IMG/VR virus record: IMGVR_UViG_2698536580_000003
Location: 1-55,905 of that record
Length of the DNA: 55,905 bases
Source of the DNA: a virus
Lineage: Duplodnaviria; Heunggongvirae; Uroviricota; Caudoviricetes
Strand: one strand, 5' to 3'
The first letter of the stretch is position 1, and each line of letters begins with the position of its first letter. Under the pieces are notes generated by a model, which did no database searches, was not told the origin of the DNA, and worked only from the letters and a program-made list of their open reading frames with translations. Positions 1 through 8,964 of this stretch are shown piece after piece. Made by a program: the position numbers and the translations under genes.

Positions 1-279
1 GGTGAACGCACTATGGCGACGCTGGGGCGTCTTATGAGCCTGCTGTCACCCTTTGACGTGGTGATATGGATGACGGATGGCTGGCCGCTGTATGAATCCC
101 GCCTGAAGGGAAAGCTGCACGTAATCAGCAAGCGATATACGCAGCGAATTGAGCGGCATAACCTAAATCTGAGGCAGCACCTGGCACGGCTGGGACGGAA
201 GTCGCTGTCGTTCTCAAAATCGGTGGAGCTGCATGACAAAGTCATCGGGCATTATCTGAACATAAAACACTATCAATAA
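1..279 (+). CDS. insB: IS1 transposase InsB, C-terminal fragment (5' end outside window)
   Basis: Translation ...[50 protein letters not shown]... matches IS1 InsB C-terminus from memory. Confidence 0.9.
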   Translation, partial: GERTMATLGRLMSLLSPFDVVIWMTDGWPLYESRLKGKLHVISKRYTQRIERHNLNLRQHLARLGRKSLSFSKSVELHDKVIGHYLNIKHYQ

Positions 280-294
280 GTTGGAGTCATTACC
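1..294 (+). mobile_element. IS1 insertion sequence, right-hand portion (remainder outside window)
   Basis: InsB reading frame open from base 1; canonical IS1 terminal inverted repeat atcaataagttggagtcattacc ends at 294. Confidence 0.9.
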
Positions 295-855
295 CAAGTG
301 TTTAAATGGAATAACCTCTGATTCTATATCAGGATTAATACATGAAATAGCGGTAAAATAACATGCCATTTTGTAATAGTTTTCCAAATGTAAACCAGTA
401 CATTCTAAAAACTTATCTTTATAATATAATTCATCATTCAAGCAATACCAAATATACTGTCTTGTTAATGAATTGGCATTAAATTTATCAGTTGATTGAT
501 AAAGCAACTGATTTATCACCATTCGTCTAAGGCTTAGCATAACTTTATCATCAACGATTAAATTAGATGCTTCTAGTTGCAAGTTATAGATTAAGTTGAT
601 AATATCAACAAAATCATTTTTACTCATTTCTTTTGCAGGCTTTTTTTCCTTCATGCAAAACTTCCATTTCATTGCCAGATAGCAACACCAAGGGAAATTG
701 GAAACAATACCCACCTCGACATCCCTTACTTTTTGGAAGTGTTCATAAAAATTTCTCAAAAAAGAAACATCACTAAAATATGACAATCTTTTCTTAATCG
801 CATCAACTTTTATAGAATATGACACTGGTGTCATTGTTTTTATTGCCACGCTCAT
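295..855 (-). CDS. hypothetical protein, 3' end interrupted by the IS1 insertion
   Basis: ORF 214..855 with AAGG-type RBS; frame runs into the IS1 terminal repeat so the native C-terminus is lost or replaced; AT-rich; no motif recognised. Confidence 0.45.
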
Positions 856-1457
856 AAAAAACCTTTTATGATAAACATAGAGAAATATTTTATTTAAAAA
901 TTATCAAATACACGTTAATAAATATACATTTTTTAATTTTGCGTGCAACCCTATCCCCAATCAATACAAAATATTGTGCACACAAAATTGAAGAAGCCTA
1001 TAACTATAGGTGCCTACTGACACCTATCAAGAAACTTGTTCACCCCCGACACAATTTAATTTGGCGTAGCTCACAATGTTCTCCTCAGCACACCTACCCC
1101 CCACTTTATAGGACAGTTTTCATGCAGTACATGCATAAACAAAAGCTCATCAGTTCTGGTGGTTCCTCACCACGAACATGCAGATAATACCTCAAAACAT
1201 CATGTAACAATGTTGGCATTACGCCACCAGCCACAAAAAAGCCCTACCCTTAGGCTTAATGTTTGGCTTGGCTGTTGGCTTACTATAACGCCCCGCTCAC
1301 CGTCGCAGCCTGTTCGGTTTCCGCCACTGATACGGCCTCACATCATCATGCTGATAGATGTCGACGGGCTACCAGTACCATTTGCTCACCAACCCCATAT
1401 TTTCCATGTTAATCTTCTCTTTCCACATGCTTTGTATGGTAATAAGCAAAAGGAAAA

Positions 1458-1715
1458 ATGATGAACACTAAGGTGAAAGAAGCAGTAAAATGTTGGGCTT
1501 CTAGTCCAACGTGGTTTAGCAGGCATCCAATGGATACGGCGGAGTTCCGACGGGCTGTTTCAAATCTCAAGCGCATTACCCCTACCCCATCTTTCGAAGA
1601 AATCAAAGAAGCGATCATGTTCTTTGTTTCCGATGCGCCAACAATGCTAGGTACGCCGTCGGATATTCCTCAGGCGGTTCATGACTTCGCTGGAAAAATT
1701 TATAACAAGCTGTGA
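1458..1715 (+). CDS. hypothetical small protein (85 aa)
   Basis: ORF with AAGGA RBS (aaggaaaaATG); followed by hairpin. Confidence 0.4.
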   Translation: MMNTKVKEAVKCWASSPTWFSRHPMDTAEFRRAVSNLKRITPTPSFEEIKEAIMFFVSDAPTMLGTPSDIPQAVHDFAGKIYNKL

Positions 1716-1742
1716 GCAAAATGCGGGCTATCCCAGCCCGCA
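1714..1742 (-). terminator. putative intrinsic terminator hairpin between convergent genes
   Basis: Perfect 7-bp stem GCGGGCT/AGCCCGC (1723-1729 / 1735-1741) with 5-nt loop; T-run follows on minus strand. Confidence 0.5.
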
Positions 1743-1749
1743 TCCCTAA

Positions 1750-1959
1750 TTAACGCCGTAACTTGTTTGGCTTCGTCCATTGGTACGCCTTTTCGTTTTC
1801 CCGCCGCTGGTGGCGTTCCTGTTGCAGCACAACGGAAACAGGCGCTGAACACCTGTTAATTTTGCTTGCTGGTTGTTTGATTCCGGCAATGCTGCGGATC
1901 ATCTCCAGCATATCGGCTTCGGTGATGGTCATAGGTTTCCTATCAGCACTCATATCCAA
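1750..1959 (-). CDS. hypothetical small protein (69 aa)
   Basis: ORF directly downstream of 1982..2566 in same orientation; ends before terminator hairpin. Confidence 0.4.
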   Translation of the reverse strand: MDMSADRKPMTITEADMLEMIRSIAGIKQPASKINRCSAPVSVVLQQERHQRRENEKAYQWTKPNKLRR

Positions 1960-1981
1960 TTAATAAGTTCAATACAATGGA

Positions 1982-2566
1982 TTATCCCGTTTTAGTGACT
2001 AACCATTGCAGAATAACGATAATTAAATATGTTAATGTGCCAGTTCCAAGAAGTATTAATAATTGATAGCAACGTAGGGCAATATTACTAATCGATTTTT
2101 GCATCACGATATTCACTGGCTCAGCCACACACTCTTTAGATCTTATCGATAGAATACTTGGAACTTCTCTATTTATTGATAATATTTCACATTGAATAGA
2201 CTCACCAGGTGCAAGGCTTTCAAACTTGATAATATAGCGACCATCCTGTTCAATATTTTCTTCAAAATGGTGGACAGGCCAAAAATTAATATGCATTGGC
2301 TTATAGTTAAAAACCAATGAGATATTAGTAGCACTTTCTCGCCCTTCATTAACAAGAATAATAGATCGTGTATACACCAACTGTGAATTAGATATTACCT
2401 CACCATTGGCATTCCGTAAGGGTTCATTGAGAAGAAAAGTAAATCCATGCTGATAACCATAGGATAACTTTGCCTTGCTTTTAAATCTGTTATTCAGTAT
2501 CCATGTTAAAATCGTTATAAAAAAAGAAAATAGTTCTTTCCCATAAAGACTAAAAAAACTCATCAC
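1982..2566 (-). CDS. hypothetical membrane protein (N- and C-terminal hydrophobic segments)
   Basis: 194-aa ORF; hydrophobic stretches FFITILTWIL and LLILLGTGTLTYLIIVILQWLV; AT-rich. Confidence 0.5.
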   Translation of the reverse strand: MMSFFSLYGKELFSFFITILTWILNNRFKSKAKLSYGYQHGFTFLLNEPLRNANGEVISNSQLVYTRSIILVNEGRESATNISLVFNYKPMHINFWPVHHFEENIEQDGRYIIKFESLAPGESIQCEILSINREVPSILSIRSKECVAEPVNIVMQKSISNIALRCYQLLILLGTGTLTYLIIVILQWLVTKTG

Positions 2567-2685
2567 ACATTTCCTTCAGTAATCTGATTCTGCTGTCAAA
2601 GCTACCAGCACTATAGTCATTCATCCACATTGCGACAAGAAGGTTACAGCACGTCCAATCACACCTTAGGAAATCTTAGGGGGCT

Positions 2686-2960
2686 GGTTGACACTTTCCG
2701 GCTTAAGACCTTAATAAATCTTAATATCGCAGGTTGACACACTTGACACTTTTTCGCGAAAAACCTTAGCATTTCTAAGCATGGCAACTTGACATTTTTC
2801 GCGGTTTTTTCGGCTTTTTGACGTGGTAAATCTGGCACAAACCCAGTAATTGCGGGGCTTACAGCGAGGTTGACACTTTTTCGCGTTCAGAGTGTAAAGT
2901 GTCAACCTGGCAACCTGGCAAGCTGGCAAGCTGGCAAGCTGCTCAACTTGACACTTTTTG
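2686..2960. repeat. array of about 7 copies of GTTGACACTTTTTCGCG-like motif, plus a 12-bp perfect inverted repeat and a (CTGGCAAG)n octamer tandem tract
   Basis: TTGACAC at approx 2688, 2733, 2742, 2788, 2817 (variant), 2869, 2948 and inverted at 2897; GGTTGACACTTT / AAAGTGTCAACC inverted pair 2868-2879 / 2897-2908; octamers 2906-2942. Confidence 0.75.
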
Positions 2961-2963
2961 ATG

Positions 2964-3509
2964 TCATTGATGGTCTGATTTTTCCCACTCAGCCAGGGCG
3001 TTTAACCCGGCTTCACTCCATGATTCCGGTTCATCGGGATAATCACCTGCAACATAGCAGAGTTCGCAACGCAGCATACGAATTGCCAGCCTGGCATTAC
3101 CTCGCAAATTGTATTTTTCAAAGTAATGCTGCCCTTCATCATCCTCAAGGCAGATAGCACCATCATCAAGAAAGTGCACTTCCCAGCCTAATTCCCCGGC
3201 TGCATACAGCACACGCTGCTGTATGCCCTCGTCCGTTACTGGCGCAGGAATTTTACCGTCTCTGGCCTTAACTGCTTTCCAGAACTCGCCCCATGTCATT
3301 TCCAGCGTTCTTTCTGGCCACATTTCAGAAATGGTGTCTTTCCCCTGTGCTGGTGGGCTGTTCCGCTGCTCTGTCGCTTCCACATCAATTTTTTTACCGG
3401 ACATGACCACTTCGCCTTTCTCGAGCCAGTCGTAAACTGTCTGGCGGCTTACGCCTTTGTATTTGGCGTATTCGGCTTTACTCATCAACATGTAGCTCAC
3501 CTCATGCAT
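2964..3509 (-). CDS. HTH DNA-binding protein with acidic C-terminal domain (function unknown; possibly packaging or regulatory)
   Basis: N-terminal KAEYAKYKGVSRQTVYDWLEKGEV helix-turn-helix-like segment; start codon uncertain (several Met near N-terminus). Confidence 0.55.
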   Translation of the reverse strand: MHEVSYMLMSKAEYAKYKGVSRQTVYDWLEKGEVVMSGKKIDVEATEQRNSPPAQGKDTISEMWPERTLEMTWGEFWKAVKARDGKIPAPVTDEGIQQRVLYAAGELGWEVHFLDDGAICLEDDEGQHYFEKYNLRGNARLAIRMLRCELCYVAGDYPDEPESWSEAGLNALAEWEKSDHQ

Positions 3510-3590
3510 ATACGATAAAAAATAATTTCATGCGGAAAGGGAATGCGTTGTGGGTATGGAGGAAAGGGGCAATAACCGCCCCTTACTGAT

Positions 3591-3863
3591 TCAGTTGCGC
3601 CAGGATGGCTGGCTAAGCGTGGTTTTCATTACATCATTGACGACCTGTTTTACGATTTCTGTGTTGGCAGTCGTGCTTTCAACATCAACAAAGCCATAAT
3701 CGCCAATTTCCACCGTCAGGGATTCCAGTTTCTTCCCTAGAGCATCAGGCAACTCTCCACTGAACCGATGCTGAAGATTTTCCACCAGCAACGCCCTGAA
3801 TGCCTCGCTGTTCTCTTTTTTCTGCCATAGCTGGCGTTTATCCACTCTGATATTTAATTTCAC
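3591..3863 (-). CDS. hypothetical protein (90 aa)
   Basis: ORF overlapping upstream small gene by 4 bp. Confidence 0.45.
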   Translation of the reverse strand: MKLNIRVDKRQLWQKKENSEAFRALLVENLQHRFSGELPDALGKKLESLTVEIGDYGFVDVESTTANTEIVKQVVNDVMKTTLSQPSWRN

Positions 3864-4027
3864 AGTCTCACCTCTTTAAGTGCCTTATCCATCAGTTGCC
3901 GAGCGATAACATGAATCGACGGTGCCACACCAAGCACAGATTTCTGACGCTCTTCGTCCTGGATGCGTTGCAGGGCTTCGATCTGCCTCCGGGAAAGTAA
4001 AACTGGCTTTACTCCGTGATTTTTCAT
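3860..4027 (-). CDS. hypothetical small protein (about 55 aa), start trimmed from ORF 3860..4189
   Basis: Internal Met MKNHGVKPVLLSRRQIEALQ... preceded by AGGGA RBS; upstream part of the long ORF is Cys-rich and not protein-like. Confidence 0.4.
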   Translation of the reverse strand: MKNHGVKPVLLSRRQIEALQRIQDEERQKSVLGVAPSIHVIARQLMDKALKEVRL

Positions 4028-4295
4028 GATGATCCCTTCTGAATGACAATAATTGCAATTATTGCACAAATTGAAATGATACCAGAGACAATTGCAATAA
4101 ATGAAACGAAAAGCATCAATAAACCAACCTTCGGCACTGAATGCTCTGATTTTTCTGCAAAGGTATGGCAGATGCAAACATAAAGGCAATAGCAGAAGAA
4201 GCAGCGGGGAGTGAAAAGGGGAAGTTTTTATAAATACACGATTGTCGCCTCACTGCAGGTTAACAGCCACAAGCTCCATGATAATAACTTGTTAA

Positions 4296-4619
4296 TTATT
4301 TCATCAGATTTTTCATTATTTGCGCGATTGAGTACACAAGCAAAAACTCGGCAGCCGCAAGAGTATAAAAAACATAAATTCGCTTAGCCCACCGACGATG
4401 AAAGAACTCCTCAGCATGGCCGGATGTTCGAGATACAAGCCATGCACCTACTGCACACAGAGCAGGTGCAATGAGCACAGTTATAAACCAGATTGTGATG
4501 CCCATCCCATGCCTACTGATAATAGCCATTGGTATTGCAAAAATGAATGTTAGAGCAGCATTAGCTAATAGAATATCTTTTAAAGTATTTTCAATTAGTT
4601 TTGCTAGATTATCTTTCAT
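4296..4619 (-). CDS. small integral membrane protein (107 aa)
   Basis: Multiple hydrophobic helices (ALTFIFAIPMAII, ITIWFITVLIAPALCAVGAWLV, FLLVYSIAQIM). Confidence 0.55.
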   Translation of the reverse strand: MKDNLAKLIENTLKDILLANAALTFIFAIPMAIISRHGMGITIWFITVLIAPALCAVGAWLVSRTSGHAEEFFHRRWAKRIYVFYTLAAAEFLLVYSIAQIMKNLMK

Positions 4620-4683
4620 CTAATCCCCCACGTTGAACATTAATATATAAAAGCCCCTTACTAAGGGGCTTTGCACGGATTGT

Positions 4684-5826
4684 TTAAAGGGAACTTTTTT
4701 TCGCCCCTTCAATTTCTGCCTGACAAATTTCGTCATTTGTAAATGAGTACTGCAGATAGACATATCCCTGAGTGGAATTGTTCGCTCTGGCCTCAATAGA
4801 TATAGTATCAATATTGTTTTTTAATGGTATTTCTTTTGTTCCCTTCCATGTGGCAGATAAGAAGCGTTCTTTTTTGTTTAGCCCCCTCATCCAGTCCTGA
4901 GGATCTTTCCAAATTGAACCAGCCAGCAAAAAGTCTGTAGTATCAGCCTTTCCATACAGAGAACTTAAAGAATTACTCAATTCTTCAAACTTGGATTTAA
5001 GAGCCAATCCATAGCTATCAGTATCAATATTTTTTCCTAAAGCCCGTATTTGACATAAACCAGCTTTCGGGGAGATCAGCAAACCATACATTTCAAAATC
5101 TGCGTTTTGCTTCGGTAATTTATCAGAAGTATACAGATTCACACTGTCTGGTAGTGGCTTGAGCTTAGCACCGATCATATCTTCGATGTTTTTCTGTGTA
5201 AGACCGGCTTCTAAGCCAAACGGACCATCCGCTGGCGGGAGTAAAGGAAGTTGCTCTTGGGAATTTTTGGCTGTTACTTCCGTTTCAGTACTGTTTTTTG
5301 CGTCATTAGCTTGTACTGATGCCAGCTTAACTTCAGCGAGGCCATACTTGGCTGTGAGGTACTTTTGCTGCAACATTGCCATGGTCTGCTCTTCAGTGGC
5401 AACAGTAGATAATTTTAGTACCTTTATCAGACCACCACTATACTGACGAGCATCAGCTTTGGCTTCGTTGATTTTTGCATCTAAGCTGTCAATTTCAGTT
5501 TTAATTGAAGCCGCAAGCTCAGGATCAGGTTTTACTCCAGATACAACAACATCAATTTTGGCACCTGATTCAATAGCATTAATACGCTGTTCCAAAAGCG
5601 CTTTATTAGTTCCTAATATTTCCAGTCTTGCTGTTGTCAGATTTTTTATCAACCCACCAGAAAACTGCTGGTCAACTTCCTTAGCTGCTGATATTTCACC
5701 TTCCGTTTGCGACAGTTCAGCTTTAAGAGCAGCTACTTCCTGTTTCTGTTCTGGAGTTAACTCTTCTGGCCCACATCCGGTTAACATTACTATACCGACT
5801 AATGTTGCAATTAAAGTTTTATTCAT
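4684..5826 (-). CDS. lipoprotein with coiled-coil region and internal QYSGGLIK / QFSGGLIK repeats
   Basis: Signal peptide with lipobox LTGC near N-terminus (MNKTLIATLVGIVMLTGC); 380 aa. Confidence 0.7.
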   Translation of the reverse strand: MNKTLIATLVGIVMLTGCGPEELTPEQKQEVAALKAELSQTEGEISAAKEVDQQFSGGLIKNLTTARLEILGTNKALLEQRINAIESGAKIDVVVSGVKPDPELAASIKTEIDSLDAKINEAKADARQYSGGLIKVLKLSTVATEEQTMAMLQQKYLTAKYGLAEVKLASVQANDAKNSTETEVTAKNSQEQLPLLPPADGPFGLEAGLTQKNIEDMIGAKLKPLPDSVNLYTSDKLPKQNADFEMYGLLISPKAGLCQIRALGKNIDTDSYGLALKSKFEELSNSLSSLYGKADTTDFLLAGSIWKDPQDWMRGLNKKERFLSATWKGTKEIPLKNNIDTISIEARANNSTQGYVYLQYSFTNDEICQAEIEGAKKSSL

Positions 5827-5960
5827 ATCCCTATTCCAAATGAAAATATTCAGATTAATCTTATCAGGAACCCAGATGCAATTGAATATTCATCTGCTCA
5901 GCAACGTAGTAGATTTCCTCAGAAAGCATCAACAAAAAACCAAGAGAATCCCATCCTCTG

Positions 5961-6248
5961 TTACTGACTACAATTGTTCTTTTTTTGGTATTTCCTGAAT
6001 GCCTCACCATTGGGCTGATGTAATCCCATCCCGGCATGTGCCCGGCTGATGGTTTCGCGCATCTCCCCGAAATTATCCTGCCTTGCTGGTGGGCGTGCTG
6101 CCTTGTGGATACATTCCGCGCGACGTTTTGCCGCCTGTTCCCGTGCCTTGTCATCATTCGCCAGCATGATGACCTCAGCCCACCGCGCCGCCGCTCTCCG
6201 GTACAGACCACGCGCTTCCAGTGCTTCCGCTTTGCTGTCGTGAATCAT
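5961..6248 (-). CDS. PerC-family transcriptional regulator (start set at internal Met to give ATGA overlap)
   Basis: Motif LEARGLYRRAAARWAEV resembles PerC/Pch signature as recalled. Confidence 0.55.
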   Translation of the reverse strand: MIHDSKAEALEARGLYRRAAARWAEVIMLANDDKAREQAAKRRAECIHKAARPPARQDNFGEMRETISRAHAGMGLHQPNGEAFRKYQKKNNCSQ

Positions 6249-6787
6249 GCGCCTATTGTCTCCTTTGCTGCCCGGCACTGGCGTTTGCGCTTCTCATTCA
6301 GCGCCACCAGCCGCGTTTCTGCGTCCTGTTGTTCCTGTGGTGTCACCTCGCCGCACGGCTGGCCTTTCAGGTCGTAGCGTACCCCACCAGCCATTAAGGC
6401 GCGGTAATAGCGCGGACACTGCGCATAAGATGCCAGCGTCGCACGCAATGCCCCTGGCCCGAATGCCAGCCCCCTGGCGGCGAGATCCTGCATCAGGTCG
6501 TCGAATATCCCCACCTTAAGCGGCTTCAGTGCTTCCCGGCTGAATAAGTCAGGCCACAACTCAGTGAGGCGGTTAACGCGCCTGCGGTTTTTGCGCTGGC
6601 GTTTGGTCATATGCCGCCACGGTGTCGCCCCTGTAGGCTTCTGCTGCGCTTTCTGGTTACCGGGCATCACTTTATGCGCCGATGTGGTTTTATCCTGCTC
6701 CTGTGCCGCCTGCGTCGTTTTCTGCGGCGTGCCGTAAATACCTTTTGGTTTTCTGTTAATGGTCAGCTTAGTCATGCTTTGCCCCAT
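6245..6787 (-). CDS. ProQ/FinO-domain RNA-binding protein
   Basis: Segment LWPDLFS...PLKVGIFDDLMQDL...LRATLASYAQCPRYYRALMAGGVRYDLKGQPCGEVTPQEQQDAETRL parallels ProQ N-terminal FinO domain (PLKIGIFQDL...LRSALRLYTSSWRYL...RVDLDGNPCGEL) as recalled. Confidence 0.7.
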   Translation of the reverse strand: MGQSMTKLTINRKPKGIYGTPQKTTQAAQEQDKTTSAHKVMPGNQKAQQKPTGATPWRHMTKRQRKNRRRVNRLTELWPDLFSREALKPLKVGIFDDLMQDLAARGLAFGPGALRATLASYAQCPRYYRALMAGGVRYDLKGQPCGEVTPQEQQDAETRLVALNEKRKRQCRAAKETIGA

Positions 6788-6795
6788 CGTTACAA

Positions 6796-7132
6796 CTGTC
6801 TACCAACTGTCTACCGATATAATTGATTGATTTATTTAATGTTATTAACACATAACAAAAAAACAATCTGCAAACTGTCTACCAACGGTCTACCGCATTA
6901 ATACATTGATAATTAATGATTTTTACTAAATGGTAGACAGTGTAGACAGTTAAAAGAGAAATTTAAAAAATGCCCCCTTAACTATCTGTTTTTTATATAC
7001 CCCCCGTGGTTTAGGAATATAGAAATAACTGTCTACCTCTCTACTACATTGAAAATATCTTTATAATTCAAAATATTAATTGGTAGATGGTTGGTAGAGG
7101 GTTAAGTGAATCTGTCTACCAACCGTCTACCT
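6796..7132. repeat. iteron cluster, putative satellite replication origin (ori/crr-like)
   Basis: At least 10 copies of CTGTCTACC / GGTAGACAG (direct and inverted) at 6796, 6808, 6875, 6886, 6932, 6941, 7029, 7082, 7093, 7112, 7124, interspersed with AT-rich tracts, immediately downstream of the primase gene. Confidence 0.65.
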
Positions 7133-7158
7133 TTACGTTTCAGCTTATAAATTTCGTA

Positions 7159-8964
7159 TTATGTTCTGTCGTTAATCCCTGTAGCTGCTGGCAACCAGCC
7201 ATCAGCATCATCATCTAACAGAACATTTGTTATCACTCGCCCTTTATCCGGGCCTTTAGTGCATTTAGCCCGCTTATACTCCTTTCCGTATTCCGCCATA
7301 GCTCCTGGCATATCAGTACCAAAGCGTGTCAGTGATACTGGTTTTCCCAGGCCATGCGCTGACATATAGGCTAAATAAGCATGATACAGGTATCGCCTCG
7401 GGCTAAATGGCACTATTTCCGCATTGCCCACCATCATTCCTTCACATTTAACCAACGACATCAGATAGCCGCAAAAGTCCACCAGTGAATCACCTTCGCG
7501 CTTTATCAACAGCGCTTCTTCTGATTTTTGCTGCTCATAAAGTAGTCTTTTAGCTTCGTCCTGGTCGGTAAATCGTGTTAGCAAATGGCGAATCACTACC
7601 GCCAGTTCGCCTTCTATCTTTTCCGCCAGCATGGGATCGCGTTCGTTCTCCGGTACGACCTCAGAGAAATTAAATATCACCCTACGACGCGAGATCCCCC
7701 CGCTTCGGTCACTGAATGACATGGCGTTATTGTTTACCGCAAGCACTACTGCCGGAATACGTGTGGAGTAGGGGGCTTTATGTTTCGGATCAATTGCCAC
7801 CTTGTCGCCGCCAGTAATTGCCTTAATTCCTGCACCATCGCCAGCGTAGCGAGTCATATCCGGCATGATAATCAGCGAAAAGCCAACTACTAACGCGCGT
7901 TCCCTTGCGTCTTCCAGAGCCTTCATGCTTGCCGATACTGTGTTGGCCTTACCCGCCAGCATGGTACAAATCTCAGCCATCACACTTTTACCGCTTCCGC
8001 CTGGGCCTGTTACCTCAAGGAATAACTGCCAGTCGTACCGGTTCGCCAGCACCATGAATAATGCCGCCAGTACGCGATCAGCTTTACGATCATTATCTGC
8101 CACCGAACGACGCAGCCACTTCCAGAAATTCGGCGCATGTGTTGCCAGCGTTTCCCCCTCTGCTGGTGGGCTGAACGGTAATTCACTGGCATTTAACAAC
8201 CAGTCATTTTTGTTATGCTCCCGAAAATTTCCCGTCCGGGTATCAAATACCCCGTTACTGAATCCAATAAGATTCCTGTCTGCCCCGCCCATAACAGGCA
8301 GGCTCAATTTCATTGTGTCTACGGCAAATTTAATGGCGTTTTGCGAATAACTGATTCCAGCATCAATAAAAATCTTCGCCATAGACCGCTGGAGTTCCTT
8401 ATCAGATACAGGCACCCAGACAATTCCGTTGTAATGGTGAACTACATCAGAATCATCATTTATAGCCAGTGCTCTTCCATAATATTCAAGTAACACTTCC
8501 CCTCTCTGGCTGGCTCCCATCTGATTTAGTGCTGGCCTAGATAGGTCAATATTTTTTGTGGCTAATTTCATCGCTGAAACTTCCCCACTCTCTGCCTGTT
8601 CGCGGATCCGTTGCAGGTAGTCGCGCCAGTTTTCCGGCTCCCGGTCGGTGATACCTTTGTATAATTTCGCGTCCTGTACACCAGCCAGCGCCAGCTTTTC
8701 AGCAATAGCATTGATCTGGATTGGCTCTATCTCCCCCGCGAGATAGACACGCGCAAAGCGGCGTTCATCGTCGACAATGCGGATATTCGCCAGGTCTGCC
8801 AGTTGCTTTGGCCCCAGGTAAACAGGAGGCACGTTATCGCCGTGTTTTCGTCCTTCGCTTTCAATCCAGTGTTGAGCATGGGCGTAAGCATCCGTCCCAG
8901 CAAAAATGATTACCTCGGTGAATTTATCCTTCGGCTGATATTTTAAATTCGGTGCGTTTTTCAC
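7159..8964 (-). CDS. P4 alpha-like primase/helicase (D5-type NTPase)
   Basis: 601 aa; Walker A TGPGGSGKSV; overall resemblance to satellite-phage primases. Confidence 0.8.
   Translation of the reverse strand: MKNAPNLKYQPKDKFTEVIIFAGTDAYAHAQHWIESEGRKHGDNVPPVYLGPKQLADLANIRIVDDERRFARVYLAGEIEPIQINAIAEKLALAGVQDAKLYKGITDREPENWRDYLQRIREQAESGEVSAMKLATKNIDLSRPALNQMGASQRGEVLLEYYGRALAINDDSDVVHHYNGIVWVPVSDKELQRSMAKIFIDAGISYSQNAIKFAVDTMKLSLPVMGGADRNLIGFSNGVFDTRTGNFREHNKNDWLLNASELPFSPPAEGETLATHAPNFWKWLRRSVADNDRKADRVLAALFMVLANRYDWQLFLEVTGPGGSGKSVMAEICTMLAGKANTVSASMKALEDARERALVVGFSLIIMPDMTRYAGDGAGIKAITGGDKVAIDPKHKAPYSTRIPAVVLAVNNNAMSFSDRSGGISRRRVIFNFSEVVPENERDPMLAEKIEGELAVVIRHLLTRFTDQDEAKRLLYEQQKSEEALLIKREGDSLVDFCGYLMSLVKCEGMMVGNAEIVPFSPRRYLYHAYLAYMSAHGLGKPVSLTRFGTDMPGAMAEYGKEYKRAKCTKGPDKGRVITNVLLDDDADGWLPAATGINDRT

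Noticed and set aside
939-1461. Plus-strand ORFs 939..1187 and 1159..1461 in the satellite cargo region
   Set aside because: No RBS and His/Pro/Arg-rich low-complexity translations; the region is more likely non-coding.
2686-2960. Type III toxin-antitoxin (ToxIN-like RNA repeat) or CRISPR interpretation of the repeat array
   Set aside because: Repeats are irregularly spaced and mixed in orientation, not regular tandem units with unique spacers, and no cas or toxN-like gene is adjacent.
5459-5998. 179-aa plus-strand ORF
   Set aside because: Antisense to the lipoprotein gene, Ser/Ala-rich; artefact.
7865-8350. 161-aa plus-strand ORF
   Set aside because: Antisense to the primase gene; artefact.
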